A stretch of DNA of 64,000 nt from a virus (lineage: Duplodnaviria; Caudoviricetes), in the IMG/VR virus record IMGVR_UViG_3300013426_000028, positions 31,643-95,642 of that record. One strand, given 5' to 3'. The notes beneath the pieces were generated by a model. It was not told where the DNA came from. It saw only the letters and a program-made list of their open reading frames with translations, and did no database searches. The translations under genes were made by a program, and so were the position numbers. Of this stretch, positions 18,595 to 28,148 are shown piece after piece; the first letter of the stretch is position 1, and each line of letters begins with the position of its first letter.

Positions 18595-19340
18595 ATCAAT
18601 ATCAGTCCATTATCATTTTGGATAAAAAAGAATTCATCACAGTGACGACGTCATAAAAGTACTAACTTAAACTGTAAAAAATAATCTGACAGTATAAACG
18701 AGGCGTCGGTACCGTGATGAACTCTTTTAAAAGCTAGTACGGAACTTGGCCAAATCCCGCTGATACTATTAAAATAACATTTATCATGTTTTCTCCAACC
18801 TATATTTAAATGAACCTTATCGGTTATTTTAATATCAAGGGAAATTGATGATGCAATGCAATACGCTATTAACCAAAATAATCAGCATAACTCAGTGAAT
18901 CCCCAATTCACTTCCCGCACTACTTTCCAAAAGATTCATTCAACCCATCCCCTTAACAGGGATGCTATGAGGGCTCTGTTTAGAAGATCCAATAGGAACA
19001 GTTATTTATATCTACTTATAAATAATTAAACTCCTTATGGTCCCTCTTTAAATGTGCAAATTTATTAATCCCTTCTTCAGAGCTTTCATAGGGTCCTTGT
19101 AAGGCCCAATTTTAGTTTTTATAGATGGACTAGGTAGACAAATTAGGTAGACAAAGAGGACGCCTGTTTTGGACAGACAGGTTTCCTTGAAGAGCAGAGA
19201 TCAGAACACCACACCACCTTCTAACCTGAAAGTATTTGATCAGTACCTTTTCTATCTCTGCTCCTTAAGGCAACTTATTTACCTTAGCTCACACCGTATT
19301 CACCACTTTTCCTCCTGGTAGTACGGTGTTTTCGTTTTCT
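18539..19340 (+). ncRNA. Putative long structured non-coding RNA (~800 nt)
   Basis: No ORF; many long stems (AAAAGAATTCATCAC/GTGATGAACTCTTTT, TATTAAAATAAC/GTTATTTTAATA, GAGCAGAGAT/ATCTCTGCTC); own promoter and boxA; terminal hairpin 19291-19329 followed by a T-rich tail. Confidence 0.65.
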
Positions 19341-20166
19341 CTTTATCCTCATCTAATCGGATCCTTTTTTCTTATTGACACTGTGTCAGTAATATTCTGT
19401 GCCCTTCTTTTTCCTCTTTTTTTATTATCTTCCTTCTTCCAGATGCTTGCAAATTGTAATCATCTGTTTTTCTCTATTTGCTCCTGTAAGTACAGTTTTT
19501 TAATACTTCGTGGAGCAAAAATTGCACTTCAAATTCTGTTTTTACCTTTTCAGGTGCAAAAAATCTCACCCTCTCGTTAAAAAACAATCGCCCTTATAGC
19601 TAATATATTAGCGATTAAGGTTACAAAAGAGGTTTATCGCTAATATTTGAGCGATTCTTTCACCATCATATAGTATCCCCTGCGAGAGCGCCCTTTTTGT
19701 GACACTGTAATGTCACTTTTCTGGATGTTTTCTATCTTTTTTTCTGGTTCTTTTCTGGATGATGCATCAATGACATAATTCTGGTATAATTATAACATAA
19801 TTATGTACCTCGTAGCTATATCATTATAATGATATATTTCACACTATTCTACTCCATATACTACACTACCTCCTCTCGTCCATTTCTTTTTTCGCTTATA
19901 GGCATACACCAGATTTTTCGCGCCTATAAGGCTGAAAAAATACGGGCGGCAGAAAAAAGGTGGCACTCCAGTAAAAAAAAGTGGGGCGCCCGTGTAAAAA
20001 GTGCCCGCTCGCATAGTTTCCCCTGGCTGCGTAGTTTTACGTCGGTCATTTCCCTTCGACGGTTATGGATTGCTTGGGGCTGGTTATAGTATCGCTTGGA
20101 TTACGGATTTACTTTGCTTGAATAAAAGTCAACTACTTAGACGGCGAGGAATAAAGGAGTGAACCT

Positions 20167-20244
20167 TTACTTTCGGCCCACTCCAGTCATGCAGCAAAAC
20201 AAATATACTGCACAAACAATGAAACTTAACATAAGTCCATTCAT
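20167..20244 (-). CDS. 25-aa hydrophobic peptide, type I toxin-like (not in ORF track)
   Basis: AAAGGAGGTGAG RBS; MNGLMLSFIVCAVYLFCCMTGVGRK; anti-SD sequence just after the stop. Confidence 0.6.
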   Translation of the reverse strand: MNGLMLSFIVCAVYLFCCMTGVGRK

Positions 20245-20300
20245 TATCTACTCACCTCCTTTCCAATATATTGTAACACATAAACTGTGTAATACAATCA

Positions 20301-21026
20301 TTAGTTTTTACCTACAACTGATAATCTTACCGTTGGAAAGATAGGACACATCATATCAAAATAATTTGCTTTGTATTCTGAAGATTCTTTTTCTTCATCT
20401 GTTAGTCCTATGGCAACTCGTCTTAACATAGCATCTGGTTTAAAATCATCTGTGAGAACATCTATATCTACAGGAGTACCATAGATTTTATTAATTGCGT
20501 CATAGATTTTATCTTCTCCAAATCGTTCTAGGTGTTCGTAATTAATAGCTAAGTTACCAAACACTTGTAGCTGAGGTACCCAGTTTTCTCTTGCTATAAT
20601 TTCTTCTAATGGAAGCAAGACGTTGTTAATTGGAAATATAGGAAACACTTTTTTGCGCTTATCAATACGAGTTAAATCAATTAATAATTGTCGTGCTTCT
20701 AAAAGAGCTGATATAATAGATGAATCTTTTAACAGGAAATTATGACATCCTTCTAATCGATGACTGTCTTTTCTTTTTAATGCTCTTATATAAGATCTGG
20801 TAATTTGATTTAAGTCTCCTTGTATACCTAAAGAATGTACACGTTCTAATAAAGCTCCGACATGAAAGTTTCCATGGCCTTGTAAAAAATCATATTCAAC
20901 TGCAACAAGCTGTTGATCCCAAGTCATAGTATTAACATAATCTTCTGTGATTTCATCATTTAATTTAATGGAGTTATAGACTCTAACAATGTGTGTAATG
21001 ATTTTGTATCTTAATTCGTTTTTCAT
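20301..21026 (-). CDS. Hypothetical protein
   Basis: 241 aa, GGAGGAAAA RBS. Confidence 0.8.
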   Translation of the reverse strand: MKNELRYKIITHIVRVYNSIKLNDEITEDYVNTMTWDQQLVAVEYDFLQGHGNFHVGALLERVHSLGIQGDLNQITRSYIRALKRKDSHRLEGCHNFLLKDSSIISALLEARQLLIDLTRIDKRKKVFPIFPINNVLLPLEEIIARENWVPQLQVFGNLAINYEHLERFGEDKIYDAINKIYGTPVDIDVLTDDFKPDAMLRRVAIGLTDEEKESSEYKANYFDMMCPIFPTVRLSVVGKN

Positions 21027-21133
21027 AAGTTTTCCTCCTAATACTTTTATTTGTTCCTATTTGATTAATACCATTATACCACAAGTGTTGTCAGCACACA
21101 AGTGGTATAATGATTTTGTTTAATTAATTTGAA

Positions 21134-21400
21134 CTACCATTCACGATAATATTTTGTGTATGAAGTATTAGGATAAAGCTTAGAATCTTCTGCTTCTTCA
21201 CATTCGGTAACAGTAATTTCAACATGATGAGTATGACATCTTGTTTCATCTGCCATTACTTCATCTACTTTCTTCTTAAGAGCATCGGATACTTTTGAAA
21301 AGTTATCCATAGGTTCTGTTACTCTGAACTCAAGAGTTGGTTCGTTCATTTCATCACAACTAACAATTTTACAACTTCCAATATAAACAATTTTTCTCAT
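21134..21400 (-). CDS. Hypothetical protein
   Basis: RBS. Confidence 0.75.
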   Translation of the reverse strand: MRKIVYIGSCKIVSCDEMNEPTLEFRVTEPMDNFSKVSDALKKKVDEVMADETRCHTHHVEITVTECEEAEDSKLYPNTSYTKYYREW

Positions 21401-21421
21401 TTTTATTTTTCCTCCTATTGT

Positions 21422-21700
21422 TTATTTATTAAGATATACTTTTTTGTCATTATAGCCTAGATCTTCAATAATCTCTGGTAAATGTTCTGTTCCGAATCCT
21501 AATGATTCATAATTGTTAAACCCTGCGACTTCGTCCATTTGAAGTTGTTCGTGCCATACATTAAATATGTGAGCGTGATTGCCCTTGTCACAGACACAAC
21601 AAGACCAACCTTCTTCTCTTCCCATATATTGTCCTGTCCAGACATCTCCAAATGCATCTTTTACCTTGTACCAGTGGCCTTTAATAAATTTGCTTTTCAT
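21422..21700 (-). CDS. Hypothetical protein
   Basis: RBS. Confidence 0.75.
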   Translation of the reverse strand: MKSKFIKGHWYKVKDAFGDVWTGQYMGREEGWSCCVCDKGNHAHIFNVWHEQLQMDEVAGFNNYESLGFGTEHLPEIIEDLGYNDKKVYLNK

Positions 21701-21761
21701 AACATATTTCCTCCTTTGTTTTAGTTATGATAGACTGTTCCTATTGAATTTTAAATTTTAA

Positions 21762-22535
21762 TTATTTAATAATACGAATCTTAAGTTGTTCTGGATATGA
21801 TATACCTGCTACACTTAATACATCATAACAAATTTCTATGAATGATAAATCTTTATATTCTTCATCGAACATACAAGCTCCACCATCATCTTCTTTCAAT
21901 TTGTTTTTCCATATTTCTATATTCTCTTCTGTTATTTTATCTTGTCTTTCGGGATTATTTTCATACACCTCATAATAAGCGTATGATTCATATCCTTCCT
22001 CATCATCTTCTTCACTTAAATCTGAAGTTCCTTCACAAATATGAAAAATCCAATGTTCATGTTCATAATCATTAGAATCTCCTACAGCTATCCAGAAATC
22101 TGTTTTAGTATTTGGACGTCCTTCAATTTTCATCTGAGATAATTTTTTCATATTTTCTTGTTCTTTATAGACATCATTTATATCCACATTAAATGCTTGA
22201 TGAGCAATCAATTCAAGCCAATCAATATAATATGTTTGAATATTTTGATTATTTTTACATTCTTCTAAAAGTTCTGCGAATGATTTACTATAAACATCTT
22301 GTAAACCATAAATTTCATTTAAGTCATCAAGAATATAATTATCATAATATATTTCTAATCTATCTAATACAGCTGCTGTATTATCAAAACGATCCTTTTC
22401 GATTTTACCAAGATTAGCACCTTGTAAATCTTCTAAACTGTAATATTGTATTCCTTCTACTTCTTCCTGTTTGATTAATTCGAAGTCCATATCTGATAAC
22501 AACATAGCACAAATTTTTGCATAATTCTTTTTCAT
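21762..22535 (-). CDS. Acidic hypothetical protein
   Basis: 257 aa, RBS. Confidence 0.8.
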   Translation of the reverse strand: MKKNYAKICAMLLSDMDFELIKQEEVEGIQYYSLEDLQGANLGKIEKDRFDNTAAVLDRLEIYYDNYILDDLNEIYGLQDVYSKSFAELLEECKNNQNIQTYYIDWLELIAHQAFNVDINDVYKEQENMKKLSQMKIEGRPNTKTDFWIAVGDSNDYEHEHWIFHICEGTSDLSEEDDEEGYESYAYYEVYENNPERQDKITEENIEIWKNKLKEDDGGACMFDEEYKDLSFIEICYDVLSVAGISYPEQLKIRIIK

Positions 22536-22599
22536 ACCTTATTTCCTCCTTTGTATGATTTAATAAACGACTGTTCCTATTTAATTTTTAAATTCTTGT

Positions 22600-22737
22600 T
22601 TATCTTATATTTAACAATAAATACAAAATTAATGTTAAAAGTACAAGAAAAACTGAATATCCTTCTCTTTTTGCCTGTTTACATATAAAATATATTACAG
22701 CACCGAAAAAGACCAATAAGAAAATTGCAACTTCCAT
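22600..22737 (-). CDS. 45-aa 2-TM membrane peptide
   Basis: ATG 22737 behind AAAGGAGG. Confidence 0.65.
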   Translation of the reverse strand: MEVAIFLLVFFGAVIYFICKQAKREGYSVFLVLLTLILYLLLNIR

Positions 22738-22763
22738 ATTGCACGTCCCTCCTTTCTTTTTAA

Positions 22764-22850
22764 TTATTGAGGTGATAATCCACACCAAAGCACGAAAAAC
22801 AAAAGTAATAATAAAGCTAAAACTAAATAAGTATAATCTTCATTACTCAT
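22764..22850 (-). CDS. 28-aa single-TM peptide (not in ORF track)
   Basis: AAAGGAG RBS; MSNEDYTYLVLALLLLLFFVLWCGLSPQ. Confidence 0.6.
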   Translation of the reverse strand: MSNEDYTYLVLALLLLLFFVLWCGLSPQ

Positions 22851-22871
22851 AATATTTTCTCCTTTCTTTTA

Positions 22872-23501
22872 TTAATGTTGATGGAAGAAAGTCATTTGAC
22901 CTAACATCATCTTCCAACAATTTTTACAAGTCTTACAACTTCCTGGACATTGATATCCGCCTGTTGGTACATTTGCTTTAAATTCAGATGATTTTTTGAA
23001 TTCGACATATGTAACAGGAAGTAAATATTTATTCTTCACTGTTTTATTATATTCTTCATCCCACATACTTAAAACAATTTTAAGATTTACAGGAAGACTT
23101 TCAATGCCATGTTTGTCAATCCATTCATTGATTAATTCCCATTTCTTAGTAAATGCTAAGAATGTTGTTTGAGGACAAGCTAACGCAACTCTGACCATAC
23201 CGTCTAAATATTGTTCGTCAACTATATCTCCTGATGAATGCCATCTGAAATATTTATATGTAACATCGTCATTGTTTAAATATTTAATAACCTCATCAAA
23301 GAACGCTACTTTATCTTCATTATATGAATTGTAATTATCCATATGAGATTTTTTAACGTTTGGATATAAATGAGTTCCTCTACGAGCGTAGCAAAGTTTT
23401 GCACAAGGTGCATTTCTTCTACAAGTGATGATTGGTGGAAGATTTAAGGTTGGAACCTTATCTCCTAATTTACTATTTGATAAACTGATGTGTACTAACA
23501 T
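22872..23501 (-). CDS. Gp88-like Cys-rich phage protein
   Basis: NSKLG, TC....PC...CYA, YFRWHSSGDI, FTKK, CPGSCKTCKNCW, terminal H. Confidence 0.8.
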   Translation of the reverse strand: MLVHISLSNSKLGDKVPTLNLPPIITCRRNAPCAKLCYARRGTHLYPNVKKSHMDNYNSYNEDKVAFFDEVIKYLNNDDVTYKYFRWHSSGDIVDEQYLDGMVRVALACPQTTFLAFTKKWELINEWIDKHGIESLPVNLKIVLSMWDEEYNKTVKNKYLLPVTYVEFKKSSEFKANVPTGGYQCPGSCKTCKNCWKMMLGQMTFFHQH

Positions 23502-23576
23502 AACATTTTTCCTCCTTATATAAAATTTTGTTATGAATCGACTCGACTGTTCCTATTTAATTTTTAATTTATATGT

Positions 23577-24401
23577 TTATTCTATTAAAGAATAATACTC
23601 TATATGTCCTTCTTTGTCAATAAACTTAATACGATATTTGCTAATATTAACTAATTTTGTAACTTCTTCTGCAAATGTTCTAAAATCATCTTCTGAATAA
23701 GCATAATTTTCAGGCATAAATACATCTCGGTAATATTGATATAATTTTTGATCTTTAGATTCATCAGCCTCTATTACATATTTTTTATCATTATTGTCAT
23801 CATCTTTTTTATCGAATTCACCGTAATTTTCTTCATATTCAAATTGGTCTAAAATATAATTTACTCCAAAATAAGAAACATACGCTTCGTGATGTTCTGT
23901 GTCAATAGTAATTTCAACATCACCTTCTGACCATGCTTGTGTTTCGTTCATATCTTTATCAAAGATGCCAATTAAACCATCATTTCTGTCATAAGTGAAT
24001 TCTCCATCTTCAGCCATTCTATTTTCAATAAGTTTTAATGCTTCGTCAGATAACCCGATTTCTATTTTAAGATAATTATAAAAATTCTGACAAATAGGTC
24101 CTCGTAAATTTTCTGGAATATGATTTCCATTATGTAAATTATTGTCTTCACTAAATTGTTGCCAATATCCTTCATAAGTGATATTGGTTCTTTTAGCAAA
24201 TCTCAAGAAAGCTTCTATGGCAATCTGTTTAGCATTTGCTTTTGGAAATTTTTCTATCATCTTATTCATTAAATATAATATAATAAGAGTATTAACCGCA
24301 GCACTGTCTGTATAGGCTGACCAGTGTTGATACATATTTGCAACTCTTTCTTCTGTTTTTCCATCATAAACTGTAATAACTAATCTTTGTCCCATAATCA
24401 T
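23577..24401 (-). CDS. Hypothetical protein (MGQRL...YQHWSAYT family)
   Basis: 274-aa ORF with RBS. Confidence 0.8.
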   Translation of the reverse strand: MIMGQRLVITVYDGKTEERVANMYQHWSAYTDSAAVNTLIILYLMNKMIEKFPKANAKQIAIEAFLRFAKRTNITYEGYWQQFSEDNNLHNGNHIPENLRGPICQNFYNYLKIEIGLSDEALKLIENRMAEDGEFTYDRNDGLIGIFDKDMNETQAWSEGDVEITIDTEHHEAYVSYFGVNYILDQFEYEENYGEFDKKDDDNNDKKYVIEADESKDQKLYQYYRDVFMPENYAYSEDDFRTFAEEVTKLVNISKYRIKFIDKEGHIEYYSLIE

Positions 24402-24467
24402 TTTCCTCTTTTCTTTTAAATTTTTGGGAAGCCTACATGGCTTTGTTCCTATTTAATTTTAACATTT

Positions 24468-24767
24468 TTATTTCAATAGTTCAAGAATTCTTTGCTTATA
24501 TTCTGATTCTTTACACCATTGATTTGGCCCACCACGAAAATCTGTCAACGATTCTGCTGTTCTGTACATTGCTAAACCATTTACTGGTTCTGTTGTGATG
24601 TAAACAATCTTTCCATTATCTTCGTTTTGAATAAAGCCAATACATCCAACTTTTTGATAGCAAGTAACATCATCACGCAAATGAAATGTTAGATTTTTAC
24701 AATCTCTAAACATATATTTGATAGCACGTGTAGATTTTCCTTTGTTTGGTAATAAATAATTTTTCAT
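24468..24767 (-). CDS. Conserved phage hypothetical protein
   Basis: GCIGFI...MYRTA...DFRGGPNQW. Confidence 0.75.
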   Translation of the reverse strand: MKNYLLPNKGKSTRAIKYMFRDCKNLTFHLRDDVTCYQKVGCIGFIQNEDNGKIVYITTEPVNGLAMYRTAESLTDFRGGPNQWCKESEYKQRILELLK

Positions 24768-24769
24768 CT

Positions 24770-25684
24770 TTATTTTCCTCCTTTCTTTTCTATTTCAACT
24801 TGGTTTAAAATTTCTTCTAAATCAATTTGATTCAATAAATAAGGGCCTTTTCTTAATTTAACATAAGATTTTAAATCCTTTATTACAGGTAAATTATACG
24901 TTGCTTCACCTATATTTTGTACTTCTTCGAAGTGTCTTATTGTGGCTGTATCAACACTTATATTAATACCACTTTCGTATGCTTCAAAATGATATAATTT
25001 ATTTTTATAAACGAATAAGATGAACGCACATCCCCAAGCCCAATGAGAAGGTGAAGAAATATCTCGAATTAAAGTCATATTATTTATTGTATTTTCGGTA
25101 AAATAACATTTGAGTCTATTTCTTTTATATTCGCTATATGCTTCTTGATTTATCATTTTTTCTTTTTGATAATTATAATCAATTATCAAACTTAAATATT
25201 TATTCAGTAATTCAAGAGTTTCTTTGACATCTGACAACATTTGACTATATGAATTTAAAGGAAAATAATCAAACGAAAAATCTTTTAAATTAATAAATAT
25301 TTCGTTATGTTTTGGAGCAGGTGTTCTGATATATAGCCAAAATCCTTCTTTATTGTGTCTTTCTATTGTTGCCATATAAATAGATTCTAAAATAGGATAT
25401 TGTTCTATTAAACGAGAAGTTAATCTAAAATCTATAATTTGATTAGTTTCTATTTGCTTTTTTAATTTTTGTACTTGACCACTATTAATAATTTGCTCTT
25501 CTAATTTCATAATTTCTTTTGCTAATATTTGATTAGTTTTAAGTACTTCTAACTCGCTTTGTTCAAAATCATTGTATTTTAGGTCTATGTTTTTGATTGC
25601 TTCGCATTTTTCTATTTCGCAAGTTTCTTTAAAGTGTGTTATTTCTTCATAAGTTTGTTTTGTAATTTTATCATATAAATTCAT
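24770..25684 (-). CDS. Hypothetical protein
   Basis: 304 aa, RBS. Confidence 0.75.
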   Translation of the reverse strand: MNLYDKITKQTYEEITHFKETCEIEKCEAIKNIDLKYNDFEQSELEVLKTNQILAKEIMKLEEQIINSGQVQKLKKQIETNQIIDFRLTSRLIEQYPILESIYMATIERHNKEGFWLYIRTPAPKHNEIFINLKDFSFDYFPLNSYSQMLSDVKETLELLNKYLSLIIDYNYQKEKMINQEAYSEYKRNRLKCYFTENTINNMTLIRDISSPSHWAWGCAFILFVYKNKLYHFEAYESGINISVDTATIRHFEEVQNIGEATYNLPVIKDLKSYVKLRKGPYLLNQIDLEEILNQVEIEKKGGK

Positions 25685-25708
25685 AACTTTTTCCTCCTTT
25701 CTTTAGAA

Positions 25709-25996
25709 CTAGTCAGCATAACCTGCCGCTAGTTCTAATAAATACCATTTATCCATTTGATCAATCTCTTCCCAGGATTTTTCTCTTCTTAAAGCGTGTA
25801 ACATTTCAACATAGCAATCAGGATTAAGATTATTAGAATCTTTTAATCCTAAATAACTTGCGTGACTGCATAATTGTTCAAATTCTTCGTCATCAATACT
25901 GTTATCAAATAAACATTGTACTGAATTAGCAATGGTAATATCCCATACACTAATATTCTTTTCGTTTAAGACTTCTAATTTTTGTTTGTAATTCAT
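25709..25996 (-). CDS. Hypothetical protein
   Basis: RBS. Confidence 0.75.
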   Translation of the reverse strand: MNYKQKLEVLNEKNISVWDITIANSVQCLFDNSIDDEEFEQLCSHASYLGLKDSNNLNPDCYVEMLHALRREKSWEEIDQMDKWYLLELAAGYAD

Positions 25997-26067
25997 AATT
26001 ATTTTCCTCCTATATATGAATTTAACGACTGTTCCTATTGATTTATGTATTAAAATGAATAATAAAA

Positions 26068-26529
26068 TTATTTACTTAATAAGCGACGTATTCTTCCTAT
26101 TACTTGCGGTATCAATCTATCATTGATATATGCAGCAGAATATTTATTTTGAACATCATCTATTTTTGCTTTTTCTGTAATGTCAGAATATCCTTGTTCA
26201 AAAAGAAGCGAAACTTGTCTTAATTTATTATACGTTGATATGTAGTCATATAATTCATCAAGTTCTTCTTCTGTTAAAGGTGTTGCTTCCATTGTTTTTC
26301 TAAATTCTGTTTGTGTAAATAATCCTTGAGAATAATAATCAGGATATCCTTCAGGACGACCTAATATGACCATATTGAGATAGTCCCAATGTGAAGATTT
26401 TTCATCTCGTCCTTTAACAAATTGAGGTTCTCTTAACCAATATCTGCGTCCAATTTTATTACGACCTAATAAATAATGATTGACTCCTAAATAAACTTTT
26501 GTTTGTTTTAACATTTTTCTTTTACGCAT
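26068..26529 (-). CDS. Hypothetical protein, paralogue of 28145..28633
   Basis: YLLG...G..YWL..P, .GYS..TE.AKID, IN..L.P. Confidence 0.75.
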   Translation of the reverse strand: MRKRKMLKQTKVYLGVNHYLLGRNKIGRRYWLREPQFVKGRDEKSSHWDYLNMVILGRPEGYPDYYSQGLFTQTEFRKTMEATPLTEEELDELYDYISTYNKLRQVSLLFEQGYSDITEKAKIDDVQNKYSAAYINDRLIPQVIGRIRRLLSK

Positions 26530-26565
26530 ATTTTTTTCCTCCTATTTAATTAATTAAAAGAGAGA

Positions 26566-27039
26566 TTATCCGAAGACAATCTCTCCAAATAAAGCCCATT
26601 GGATAATGAAATCTCCACTTTCAGCATCAGCATAACAACCAAGATAATCTTCAATATCATCATATTTAGAGTGGGACATTTCTTGTCCAAGACCTTCTAA
26701 CACTCTATTGAGAGTCAACTTCCAAGGATCTCCTTCGACTCCTTCTTCATTATTTAAATCTGTTACACCTTCTTCTTCTGCATCTTCAAATTCAATATAT
26801 CCTCCATTCCATAGAATATAAGCAGCTATTTCTACAGTAGAACAATATTCATCTTCAGGATGTTCTGCTTTATATTTCTTTTCCCATTTAGTCCAATTTT
26901 CTGAAGCGTTGTCAAGCATTGCCCAATAACCAATTCCACCTTCAAGTGCAATAGCCATAACATCACACAAATTGTCTTGTGTAATTTCAACTGTTTTTGT
27001 AATAGTGATTTTTTTAGTTTCTACGTTTTTCATAATCAT
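26566..27039 (-). CDS. Conserved phage hypothetical protein
   Basis: ALEGGIGYWA...DA..GDFIIQWALFGEIVFG. Confidence 0.8.
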   Translation of the reverse strand: MIMKNVETKKITITKTVEITQDNLCDVMAIALEGGIGYWAMLDNASENWTKWEKKYKAEHPEDEYCSTVEIAAYILWNGGYIEFEDAEEEGVTDLNNEEGVEGDPWKLTLNRVLEGLGQEMSHSKYDDIEDYLGCYADAESGDFIIQWALFGEIVFG

Positions 27040-27085
27040 TTTTCCTCGATTCTTTGATTTTTGTTCCTATTTAGTTTTAATGTTC

Positions 27086-27358
27086 CTATTTAATTTGTTC
27101 TTTTAGTTTTTTGATTTCTCTTTGCATACGATCCATATTGTCAACTACACCGTTTGTGTATTCAACAATTTTTCTTTCGTTATATTCTTCTAAATCTTCA
27201 TTACGGCAATAAGGACAAACTCCTCTTGTACCATAATGATAAGCGTGATATGGATCATAAAGACCATATTCATCTTCGTAACAGAATCGTTCTTCTTCAA
27301 GATCATCTTCTGTCATAAAATGTTCACAATTTGGACAAAAATATATCATTTTGTTCAC
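27086..27358 (-). CDS. Zinc-ribbon protein
   Basis: CPNC...CPYC. Confidence 0.7.
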   Translation of the reverse strand: MNKMIYFCPNCEHFMTEDDLEEERFCYEDEYGLYDPYHAYHYGTRGVCPYCRNEDLEEYNERKIVEYTNGVVDNMDRMQREIKKLKEQIK

Positions 27359-27367
27359 CGCCTTTCT

Positions 27368-27826
27368 TTATTTAACAGCAAGAATATCTTTAATATTTTT
27401 ATTAAAGACTTCTGGAGTTTCTTTCTTAACCCATTGAGAAGATTGAGTAACTCCCATAGCTTCTTCTTTTGTTATTGGATTACCATCAAAATAATAACCA
27501 ATAACTTTTGGACGATGAAGGAAGATTTTTGATGTTGTCATTCGGATATATGTTTCACCTTTATTTTCAATCATCCATCTATTTTTCCATTCTCCCCAAG
27601 GCAAGACTTCTTTAATTTCACCTACCATTCCAATTGCTTGTCTTTTTTCAATAACAGATTTAATATTAGAATATCTAACACCAAATCTTACTACAGATTG
27701 TACAACTTTTGTAATAACGTGTCCTTTAAAATTTTTGTTTGGAGTAATGTTTGTTTGATATGTTACTTGAACATAAGCTCCTTGATGTTTGTTTGAAATA
27801 ATATTTAATAATTCTTGTTTTTCCAT
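27368..27826 (-). CDS. Hypothetical protein
   Basis: RFGVRYSNIKSV...LPWGEW. Confidence 0.75.
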   Translation of the reverse strand: MEKQELLNIISNKHQGAYVQVTYQTNITPNKNFKGHVITKVVQSVVRFGVRYSNIKSVIEKRQAIGMVGEIKEVLPWGEWKNRWMIENKGETYIRMTTSKIFLHRPKVIGYYFDGNPITKEEAMGVTQSSQWVKKETPEVFNKNIKDILAVK

Positions 27827-27853
27827 GATAATTTTTCCTCTCTTTCTATATAT

Positions 27854-27882
27854 ATTATATCATGTTTAATAATGTTTGTAAA
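27854..27882 (-). promoter_or_regulatory. sigmaA-type promoter
   Basis: TTTACA-17bp-TATAAT with TG extension. Confidence 0.7.
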
Positions 27883-27890
27883 GACAAAGA

Positions 27891-28148
27891 CTATCCTAAA
27901 TAGATAGCCTTGTCTTTGTCGTCTAAAATCATTAAGTCGTGATTTATGGCTTCATAATATTCTCTGGTTGAAGAACCTTCTTCTTTTTCAATACTTTTAA
28001 TTGTTTCTCCTGAATAATATAAAGCATGATATCCGTTGGCTTCTTCATCATCTGTGACAAATATCACATAATCGCCGTGACCTTTTCGAATTTCTTCTCT
28101 AAGATATTTATATAAATCTTCGACTGTTAACGCTCCACATTTTGTCAT
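27891..28148 (-). CDS. Hypothetical protein
   Basis: TDDEEANGYH motif; ATGA overlap. Confidence 0.75.
   Translation of the reverse strand: MTKCGALTVEDLYKYLREEIRKGHGDYVIFVTDDEEANGYHALYYSGETIKSIEKEEGSSTREYYEAINHDLMILDDKDKAIYLG

Noticed and set aside
18539-19340. tRNA cluster, tmRNA or rRNA after boxA
   Set aside because: No cloverleaf, T-loop, tmRNA termini or rRNA signature visible
19326-20344. + strand ORFs 19326..19580, 19829..20089, 20159..20344
   Set aside because: No convincing RBS or protein-like composition; the last is antisense to better-supported genes
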